A DNA stretch of 64,000 nt from Diplonema japonicum (Eukaryota > Protista > Euglenozoa: Diplonemea): the NCBI GenBank assembly GCA_964019335.1, contig OZ025649.1, forward strand, positions 372,001 to 436,000, given 5' to 3'. Of the stretch, positions 54,511-64,000 are shown in pieces; the first letter of the stretch is position 1, and each line of letters begins with the position of its first letter. The notes below the pieces were generated by a model that made no database searches, was not told where the DNA came from, and saw only the letters and a list, made by a program, of their open reading frames with translations. The position numbers and the translations under genes are program-made.

Positions 54511-54824
54511 GGATAACATGAAAATATAAGAAAAACATCAGATGTGTTGTTCGCTGTTGACCTCCTCGTCGGTCATCACCGGAAGCGCCCGAGTGGAAGA
54601 ACATAATGCAGATGCTCAGGGTGACGAACAGGCAGCAAACTGCACGAGCGCAGAATCTTGGTTACCCGGGACGCCCCCGCTGGGGTTGAGCTGTACACCG
54701 CACGCATTAAGGACACGACGCGGAACGCAGAAGAAGCTACAACTCGGCCGCGGTGCGCCCCCTGTAATCAAGTAGACAGTTCTTGTGCAGGGCGCCGCCA
54801 ACACCGGCCTCCTTTAACTCATAT
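54511..54824. repeat. Dispersed ~300-bp GC-rich element, copy 2 (SINE/SIDER-like)
   Basis: Near-identical to 16727-17029. Lies ~320 nt downstream of the BEACH gene stop. Confidence 0.9.
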
Positions 54825-54916
54825 GTTTTCCTTTTTTATTATTATTATTATTATTATTTTGCTGTACGTAGGTGTTGGGTAACTCTTTTTTTTTTTTCTT
54901 CTTTTTTTTTCTCTTT

Positions 54917-55116
54917 NNNNNNNNNNNNNNNNNNNNNNNNNNNNNNNNNNNNNNNNNNNNNNNNNNNNNNNNNNNNNNNNNNNNNNNNNNNNNNNNNNNN
55001 NNNNNNNNNNNNNNNNNNNNNNNNNNNNNNNNNNNNNNNNNNNNNNNNNNNNNNNNNNNNNNNNNNNNNNNNNNNNNNNNNNNNNNNNNNNNNNNNNNNN
55101 NNNNNNNNNNNNNNNN
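54917..55116. other. Assembly gap (200 N)
   Basis: Run of N flanked by T-rich and A-rich tracts. Confidence 1.
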
Positions 55117-55143
55117 AAAAAAAAAAAAGAAAAGGACAAAGAA

Positions 55144-55774
55144 ATGTCGAGGTGTCGAAGCAACAGCTGCCCCCCTATTTACACAGACAACGAGGGACTG
55201 CAGGCGGTAGCAAGAGACTGTGTGAGTGTGCCAGGGGATTTTGATACGGATTTGAAGGACCTGGATATATTCTTTGATGAGCCAACGAAACAAGAGCACG
55301 GTGACCAAGCTGCCTACCAAGTTGCCGCCCTCCTAGCAGAGCTAGAAACTCTCAAAGCAAAAAACCTTGAACTTGATGCTTCCATTGGGGTGTTGACCCC
55401 TCTCCCTGGGCAGCCTGCTAACATCTCCCAACGGGGGCTGAACCCTCGCGCCGCACCCTTCCGCCTTGGTGGGGCCAACGACTCCGACTCTGACCGTGTC
55501 GAGGCACCCCCCTCTGCTTACTGGTCTCAGCGGTATGAACAAAGGAGTTTAAAAAAAAAATCTTTTTTTTTTTTAAACAGTGTGAGCCGTACCCGAGGGT
55601 CCCTCTCTGGCAGCTCTGCCGGGATGACCCCCGAATCATCGTTTTGTGGGGAAACATACCCAGTATGATTTTTTTTTTTTTTGTTTTTTTTTAAACACTC
55701 TCCAGATGTACAACAGCGATTGGTGGAGTGCTTCAGAATGGGACAGGTGTGGTCATGGTGGGCTTTATATGTGA
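55144..55774 (+). CDS. Small coiled-coil protein with PAM2 (PABP-interacting)-like motif
   Basis: GLNPRAAPF resembles the PAM2 consensus LNPxAxxF. Introns 55533-55580 and 55663-55705 (both gtatg...cag), TGA at 55772-55774. The 5' end is next to the gap. Confidence 0.6.
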
Positions 55775-55810
55775 AACCATGTGTTCGATTTTTTTTTTTT
55801 TTTGATTCCC

Positions 55811-55841
<31 letters not shown>

Positions 55842-58546
55842 CCCCCCCCCTTTTTTTATATTTTAAAGCTGTTTTTTCATGTGAGAGTTCTGTTGTTTAT
55901 ATTTTCCACCTTGCTGACCAAGTACAGGCTCTGTGCAGAGAGCGTGAGCGGAAGGGGTAGGCCGTCTACCTGGACAATAGGCGGGAGGGAAAAAAAGAAA
56001 TCTTGGATTTTCGGAAAGCAGCTTTTCATAGTTAATAAAAATGGTGTATCTTCCGGGCCAGGTTTCACTTGTAGTATTTAGCCTCACCTTCACAAGAAGT
56101 ATGAGAATATGAATGACCTGTACATCCTCCCCTCCCCCCCCTTTTTTTTTCTTCTGATGATTATTTTTTAAAAAAAAAAAGAAAAAAAGAGAACACACAA
56201 AACAAAACAAAACAAACGAGAGAGAAACTAAGCCAGGGAAGCCCTATTAAAAAAAAAAATTTTTTTTCCCCCCTTGTTCTGCTGGTTATAAACGGGTGGC
56301 TTAATTATGGCCGCGTGGTCTTTTTGCCTTTTTTTTTTTGTCTCTTATCTATTACCCCCCCTCCCCCCCCTGAATTGGTCTGTTTATGTTTGTTACCCCT
56401 CCTTCCCCTGGCACACTGTTATGTTTTTTTTTTTATACCCTTCGGTGTCCTCTCTCTCTCTCTTCTCTTCTTCTCTCTCTTTGCACTTTTTTGCGGGGGA
56501 AAAAAAAGGGGTTGTTGCCATGCTTGACTTCTTTATATTTCTTCTATCTGTTGAAACAAGGGGGGGGAGGGTTTTTTATTTTCTTTTTTTTTTTAAAGGG
56601 GGAGTTTGAATGTTCCATTTATTACTGCTGTAAATCTCTTAATCTTACCGCGAGAAAAAAAAAAAAAAAAAAAGAAAAAGTGTCACAGGAATTGCGTGTT
56701 CTTTTTTTTCCCTCATTTTTTTAAAGTTATTTTTTGGGTCCCAGAGAAGATAAAGAAATTTATAGTATCTTTTTTCATTTTATTTTTTCCCCTCGATTTT
56801 ATTATTATTATTATTATTATTATTGTTACCTGTTGATGCAGTTTCTCCTTGTGCTGCTTGAGTTTTTTTTTTTTTTTATTTAGTTTTCTTCTATTATCTT
56901 GGATTGTATTGCCAGCTTCCATGGGATGGGGGGAAGAGGGGGAAACAGAACGGCCTGGGCCCTTTTTCTTTTTATCCTTATGATTATTCCCTTTTTTATT
57001 ATTATTATTTATGACTTGGGTCGGAGAAGGAGAACAAGGAAGTAAAAGCGAAAACAAAAAAAAAAGGGAAAAAGGGAAAATAATAAAATTTTTTTTAAAA
57101 AAAAAAAGGTGAAGGTGCCACTTTTTTTTTTCCCCCTCCTCTTTCTCGATTCTTTCCTTTCACCTCCCTTCTTCCCGACTTCCTTTTTTTTTAAATTAAA
57201 TGTCTCTTTTTTTTTTTTTTTTTTTTTACTGTGTCATTGTCCCCCCCCCCCCCCCCCCCGCCCCTCAGGGGAAGAAGGAGAAAAAAAGCCCTCCCCAAAG
57301 AGAAAAGACCCCCTTCCCCCCGAGGAACTTTTACCATTTACCTTTTCCCACTTACCCTTGCCTTATGTTTTTTCTTTTCTTTTTTCTTCTTCTTTTTTTA
57401 AAAGAGGAAATCGGCCATGTTTACACGGATACAGCCTCTCCAGGTCCCTATCCTGTGCATACAAACAGTGCCAGTTCAGCCTCTTTCTGTCTTTCCCATT
57501 AAGATTAGGATTTTTTTTTTTTTTTAAATTTTGAATATTGGAATCCTGTGCCTGAGGGATAGGAACAATTAAGGCGAGGCACTTCTGCAACACTGCCAGA
57601 GTGAGGTGGGGAATAGGGTGTTAGAGCATCCACCCCCCCCCCGTTTTTTTTTGTTCCCGTTCTCGCCTCCCCTTGATTTCAATTTTAGAATTTAACAAAT
57701 GGGAAGAAAAAAAAAAGAGGAAAAAAAAAAAACAAAAAAGCAAAAAAAAAAAAGAAAAGGGCGTACCACCTTCCACAATGCCACCCATGCTCCGGTTATT
57801 ATCTATTTTTCTTTTTTTTTTAATACTGCTTTTCCACCCCCCCCCCCCCCCCTTTTTGCCACAGGGGTGTCTCGCAGAAAGAGAAAAAACGTATTATTGA
57901 AAGGAGAGGGAAGGGGGGAAGAAAAAAAAAAGAAAGAGAGGGAACAAAGTAGGTCACTCCGAGACAAAAAAGGTGAAAGAAAATAATTTTCACCTTTGCA
58001 CCCCCGCTTCCTTCCAACGACGAACTGAATGCACGAAAAAGAAAACGAAAAAAAAAGTTTTTTTTAAAAGAAAAGGGGGAAAGAAATGGGGAGAAATGGC
58101 TCTGTTCCTTCCACCCGAAGGAGGCAGCTATTTTCTTTTTTCCCTCTCCCTCTTCTTCTTTTTTTTTTGTTTCTTCTTCTTTTCTCTCTTTCTCTTTTTT
58201 TTTTTTTTTTCTTTTTTTCCTTTCGTATTACCGCTAAATATTCAGACTCAAATTTCCTGGTGGTGAAATTCCCCCTTTTTTTTTCACCCCAACTTTTTTA
58301 CCAGAGGAAAACAACGTCACTATATTGGCCAACAGTGGTATTGAAAAAAAAAAAAAAAAAACGGGAAAAAAAACGATCCCCTTTCCCCCCTCTTTTTTTT
58401 ATTGCTATTATTATCCCACGTTATTATTACTTTTTTTTTTCTCTTCAATTCTTTTCGTTCTTGCCATCCCCCACCCCACCCCCCCCCCCGAAAAAGAAAA
58501 GAGTTACACAAACTACACCCAAAATTATTATTATTACTGCTATTTA
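55775..58546. repeat. Long low-complexity intergenic region (mosaic A/T/C/G homopolymers, (ATT)n and (CT)n microsatellites)
   Basis: Seen directly. The ORFs here are poly-F/K/P artefacts. Confidence 0.8.
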
Positions 58547-58822
58547 ATGATGAATAGCAGCATCGTGTCCCCGGGAACCGTGACGCCAGTCCAAAAACAC
58601 GATGAGATCGTAAAAATATCCGAGTTGGACGGAAAGTGCGGGAAAGGCCACTGGCGGGCGACCATAGACGATAAACCCGTTCATTGGAGCGCCAAAGGGG
58701 CTGTGACCGTCAAGCCAGGGACCACCTTTGACGTGACGTGCAAATAATCTTTTTTTTTCTTTTTTTTTTTCTGTTCCCCCCCTTATCCCCCTTATCCCCT
58801 TTTAACAACCTCTCAGGACGGG

Positions 58823-61800
58823 ATGGACCGCGAGATAGGCGATGTTGTGGAGGTGCTGTGGGAAGGCGGGTGGCGGGTGGCCAAGGTCTGCGAAGTCCGC
58901 AAAGGGGACGTATTTGGAGTAGAATGGGGTGGGTTCAAGTACTATGTGCATGGAAGGGACATGCGAGACTACACTGCGGGCACCACAGTCGGCGGCGACA
59001 TGGACATGGATGACATGACTAGTGCTCCAGGTGCTCGGAGTGAAGCCCAGCAAACCTTCCACACCTTCGGAGGTGGCACCATGGACGGCCAGTCCCAGGC
59101 TCGTTCGCGTCTTCCTAATGAAAACCCCCTTGGCAGCAAGTACCATGGTACTCAGTATGCCCCAACTTACACCGCAACCCGCCATGACCCCCCTGCCCCC
59201 ATACCACCCATGAACCGTCGGCAGTCCGTAAAATCGATGAAATCTGAAATCTCCGTGCGGGAGTCCCTCCGGGTGTCCTCGACACCTGTCTTCTCGCTCG
59301 TCCACATCCTCAGCCTCAACGCTAAACGCGTGCAAACCTACAAAGGTCTTCCCGTGTATCTCATCTACTTGATCCTGCTATCTATTTCTGCGGGGTTGAT
59401 GTACCTCGCCAAGGCAGACGAGGCGGTCTACCACACTGTCACCGCCGTAAAGACGAATCTCATGAACGATGCATCCTTCCGCCAGATCGCGACGCATGAA
59501 GACTTCTACGCGTGGCTGGAGGAGGTGGCTGAGTCGTTCTATGTCTCAAAGGCAGACTACGAGAACTACGAGTCGGAAAACGGCGGGGTTGTGCCACCGG
59601 GTGCGGAGCTGTTTAAGTCACGCTTCGTCGGGGGCCGCCGAGCGACGGTGGGGAAGGGTTACTACGCAGAGAGACAGAACACACCCTTACATTACATGCT
59701 AGTGAGACAGCAGAAGGTCATGGCCGAAAACTGCACCAGCTGGGAACAAGGCTTTCCTATCGCAAAGGAGCTGTGGGACGTCATCCAAGACGAATGCATC
59801 CCAAGCTATGCTGGCGCTGCCTCCGATGGGCGGGAGTTCCGTAACAACGACACAGTGAGGTTTGGCCCCTTTTCAGAGATCACAGGAAACCCGTTCGCCC
59901 CTGACTCCGTAGGGCACTCCCTACCCCCGTTAAGGAACGCCAAAGGTGAGGTTAGGACCTACCACGGGAAGATGACACAGTTCACTGCCAAGCTGCCCTA
60001 CGCTGACCTGTTCTTAGACGGTGTGAAGGATGTCATAGGGGACCTGCGTGCCAACGCGTGGATCGACTACCAGACACGTGTCGTGGTCGTGGAGACATTG
60101 CTGTTCTCCGCTGTCCGCGGGGAGTACACCCTTGTTCGGTTTGTCATCGAGTTCACTCATTCTGGTGCCACAACGAAGGTGCCCCATGTGCAGCCCTTCT
60201 GGATCTTGCGCTTCGACGATGGGGGCTCTGCTACCTTTATGTTCGTGTGCGACTTGCTGTTCTCTTTGTACGTGATGTACGCTGGCTTCGACATAGGGCG
60301 CACTGTTCTTGTGAACCAGAAACTTGGGGAGTTCCCTGTCGGGTTCTGGGAGATCCTCCGAGCGGCGCACCTTGTGATCCTTGTCCTATGCCTTGTTCAC
60401 AGGTACCTGTTGTGGCACGATGCCACTAAAATCAATGAGAACATGCCACCGTTGAGCTTCTACCGCCTGCTGACGGAGTACCAGGACAACTTCGAGGTTG
60501 CCAGGAACTACTTCCTGGCCGCTCTGTGGCTTGCCTGGATCCGCTGTTTAGAGTTCTTGCGTTACAACAAGCGTTTGAACGCTGTGACAGAAACCATCAG
60601 GCTGGCCTCAAGCGACCTCATCTCGCTGTTCGTGATCTCCTCCATAGTGGTGTTCTCCTTCGGGATGGTGGCTAACGGTATCTACGGCTGGCACCTCAAG
60701 GACTTCTCCAGTATCGGTGACTCGATGTCGTGGCTGCTCCGCACTGTGTTCAGCGGGGATCTTACCATCTACCACGATATGCTTGAACTGCAACCTACAT
60801 GGACACCCATCTTCCTCCTTGTGTACCTGCTGCTGTCCTGGCTGATCCTCCTCAATGTCGTGTTGGGTATCCTCGCTGCGGGTTTCAGCGCCGCCTCGCA
60901 GTCTACAGACGACCGCTCATGGTCCGTCAAAGGCCTCCAGAAAGACTTTTCCATCATCGCAAAGTCTATGTTCAACCGCGAGGATGCTGAAAAGAAGAAG
61001 AAGAAGAAGAAGGCCACACGTCTTGCATCGAACGCCGAGGAGAACGACGAGGAGTCCAGCAGCAGCAGCAACAACAACAACAACAACGAAGAAAGCGGCA
61101 ACGCTGAGCGGGAGAATGACGCACCAACCGACAAGTACGCGAAGGAGGACTACGTGGTGAAACGTGTGATGTGCGTGATGATCCTGCGCCGCTTGCTGGA
61201 TGTGAAGGAGGTGGAGCACTACGAGGAACAGAACGAGAAGCTCAGGAAGAACGAGATCGAAGACTGGGAGCTCGCAGAGTACAAACCACCAAGGATACGT
61301 GTCACACTTGACGAGCTGATGCTGCTGGAGGGGTGGCGGCTCACTATGAAGCAAACAGCAGAGCTGCTTCAAAGCGCGGATAACGTGACCGCGGAGTCCT
61401 TTGCCACAGCTGAGGACCACAAACGACAGGAAAAGGCTGCAGTTCTAGGCGCCATCGCTGGCATGACACACGTCCTGAGCATGACCATGGAACAGCTGAT
61501 CAGGGAAGGCATGTACGACGTGCAGCAGCAGATCCATGACGTGAATGAACGTGTGGATGACATGAAGGAGCACACCGACCGCGTCATGCGGAATGTAGGT
61601 GTCTCTCTGTCATCACACGTTCACGCGGTCCAGGGCAACCTGGAGGGCAAGGTGACAGCTGAGTCCAATAAGATGCTTGGCATCATGGGGGGGCAGCGGA
61701 GGTACTTAGATCATATCGGTGCGTCCATCCAGGACTCCGAGTCCAGGGTGCGTGGCGACATTCAGCAACGGCGCCCGTCGAAGCAGGATACTGCACAAAG

Positions 61801-62101
61801 TGCTCAAGGTGCCCGTAAGACGAGCGATTGGCGCCGCGATCTTCAGGAGCGTGAATCTCGTCTCCGTGAGAGGGAGAGAGACCTTATTGCAGCGATAAAC
61901 AGCCCTACCAACGAGAGCCCCACAATACCCGCAGGAACTGACTTTTCCAGAGCTGAAGGCACAACATCCCCAACTTCTCCTCTCCCATCGCAGGTTTGTG
62001 TGGAAAAAAAAAATTAAAATGAAATAAAATAAAAACAGACGCATCTGTTCACCCCGCGCAGCACGTACCCCCCTGCTGATGATGCGTCTAGCCCACCGTA
62101 A
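58823..62101 (+). CDS. Polycystin-2 (PKD2/TRPP)-like cation channel with N-terminal Tudor/Agenet-like domain
   Basis: GDVVEVLWEGGWRVAKV (Agenet-like), FRQIATHEDFYAWL, VRQQKV, LRANAWIDYQTRVVVVE, six TM segments, LLNVVLGILAAGF and a coiled-coil tail. Intron 61994-62038, TAA at 62099-62101. An upstream exon from 58547 is possible. Confidence 0.85.
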
Positions 62102-64000
62102 AAAGAGGAAAAAAAATGAATTTTTTGATTTACAATGATGATAACAATAAAGGAATTGAAAAAAAAAAAAAAGAAAAAATGAAGAAAAAAAAAAAGAAAA
62201 TGAAAAAAAAAGAAGAATTGAGAATTAAGAAATATATTATAACAGCACTGGGGGGGGGTTTTTTTTTGGTCGATTTTTATAACATTCATTTTTTTTGGGG
62301 GGAGGAGGAAAGGAAGCAGTTTTTTTTCTTCTTCTTTTTAGTTCCCCCTCCGCCTCCCCCCCCAAAAAAAAAGAATAACAAAAGGAAAAAAAAGAAAATC
62401 CCAAAGGAGGAAAAAAAAAAAAAAAAAAAAAAAAGCCCCGTGGAAAATAGTGGAGGTGGGGAGAGGACACAAGTGATCCTTGCCCCCCCCCCCCTCCTCC
62501 TCCCCCTTCTCTTCTTCTTTTATCCTTTTGTCCCCGTCCTTCCTTCTTTTTTGCAGGCGTCCTGCCACATACCGCAGGTACCCTTAAATGTCTCTTTTTT
62601 TTTTTAGTACTAGTATTGTATTGCAAACTAATAAGGTCATCAACTCTTCAAATCTCCTTCAAGCCGGAAGAGTAGTTTGTTGTTTCCCCCCCCCCCCCCC
62701 TTTTTATGTAGGGCAGCATGTCTGCAACAGAGGTTTTTTTTTTCATTTACATTATGATGAGGGTTACCTATGGTGAATAAGCAATGGAGCACTCCTCGTT
62801 GTTGTTTTTTTTTTTCTTTTTTTTTCTTTTTTTTTTTTATTCCCCCCCTCATCATATTTGGTGCGCCATGGAAATGCTTGGAAATCGCAGTAGTATTGAA
62901 GATCCTGTTCTTCTTTTCCCCCCTCCTATTCTGTTGCTTACTACTATACCCTGCTAGTTGTAGTAAACTATATAAAAAAGGATACAAAAAGAAAAGAATA
63001 AAAGAAAACCGAGTGGGCTGATGACCCCCCCAAAAAAAAGAGAGAAAGGGAGGAAGAAAAAAAATGAAAGAAGAAAAAAAAAAAAAAAACTGAGCAGGGA
63101 TTCAATGAGTCACACCTTTTTTTTTTTGTTTTCTTCTTCTTCTTATTTTCTTATTTTCTTCTTTTTTTTCTGCTTCCATAATATTATATTATTTTTTTTG
63201 TTCTCATTCCCTTATTTTCTTTTATATAAAGGTTCCCTTTCCTTTTATTTTTTATTTTATTCAGCAGTTCCTCCCCCCCCCCCCCCCCCCCCCTCTCCCC
63301 CGATCTTGAACACTCCCCTCTCTCCGCCTCCCCCCTTTTTTTTTCATTTTGTAATTTGCGATAACCGCCAGGGAGGGAGGTTCTGATTAATGTCCCCCCC
63401 CCCCCCCCCCCCGCGCCTTTTATTTGTTAGCATGTTTCCTCTCTTCTTTTGATATGGATCCTCCTTCCCCCCTGTTCCCGTTCTCGTCGTCCCCCCCCTG
63501 CCACCTTTCGCACATGCCCGAAGTATCTGATTTTTTTTTCTCTTCATTCTTTATTTCTTCCCCGCACTTTCTTTTTCCTAAGAGAGTGCACTGCGTGATT
63601 ACAAATTTTTTTTGTTCTGGGTGCTTTGTTGAAATTTTCCCATTCTTCCCCCCCCCCCCCCCCCCTCCACTGGCTGTGTGTGACCCATTTACCCCCTTCC
63701 TTCAACCATACTCCTTCTGAGGAAAAGAAAAGTGTAAAACCCTCGTCCTCTTAGTCATATGCAGAAGCTCCTCCCTCCCTCCCCCCTCCTATGCTAATAT
63801 CAATATAGGTTGCCTGAACACAAGTACTTAACGGTGAGTTAGTGCTTGTGAGTCTGCTGCCTTTGGGTTCGCAAAATAAAAAAGTAGGGAAAAAAAAAAG
63901 GGGAGAAAAAAGAAACTCGAGAGAGTATAAGGAACCAAATAAAAAAAAAAAAAAAAAGAAAACCAAATCCTTCTTTTAAAGATCCCCCGTAGTAAGCTCA
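62102..64000. repeat. Low-complexity 3' UTR/intergenic homopolymer mosaic
   Basis: Alternating poly-A, T, C and G tracts. No credible ORF. Confidence 0.8.

Noticed and set aside
54783-55320. ORFs spanning the N run
   Set aside because: Assembly-gap artefacts. True distance and continuity across the gap are unknown.
299-61587. Numerous minus-strand and alternate-frame ORFs overlapping genes
   Set aside because: They are shadows of GC3-rich coding sequence, with no recognisable motifs.
1125-62101. Functional endolysosomal cluster (TRPML, BEACH, TRPP, dynamin-like)
   Set aside because: The genes are far apart among unrelated housekeeping genes, and euglenozoan polycistronic arrays are generally not functionally clustered.
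55775-64000. Poly-Phe/Lys/Pro ORFs, and similar N-terminal extensions of real ORFs elsewhere
   Set aside because: They are translations of homopolymer tracts, which lack stops by composition.

Overview
Eukaryotic nuclear DNA, most likely from a diplonemid-like euglenozoan (inferred from genome organisation, not from a taxonomic marker). About 27 protein genes and one tRNA all lie on the + strand, often with short spacers and AG acceptor-like sites just before the ATG. This fits polycistronic transcription with spliced-leader trans-splicing. Unlike trypanosomatids, the genes carry many tiny (33-59 nt) GT-AG cis-introns, mostly with a GTATG donor and concentrated at gene 3' ends. Recognisable genes: TOP2, mucolipin (TRPML), a polycystin-2-like channel, AFG2/SPATA5, GID8, eIF2B-beta, a PDXDC1-like protein, a large BEACH protein, a mitochondrial carrier, a DUSP, a histidine phosphatase, a stand-alone ABC ATPase and two surface proteins. 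Mobile DNA: a defective piggyBac with perfect 14-bp TIRs and an ATAA (not TTAA) target duplication, a probable 5'-truncated LINE, and a ~300-bp SINE-like element present twice. Most interesting oddities: an intracellular PDZ-fused R-S-ExE ADP-ribosyltransferase, a Cas4/MGME1-like PD-(D/E)xK nuclease, a tRNA-Lys(UUU) with C33 instead of U33, and the intron architecture. I did not find one clearly bounded multi-gene novel system. All introns were read by eye and need transcript confirmation. There is a 200-N assembly gap at 54917-55116.
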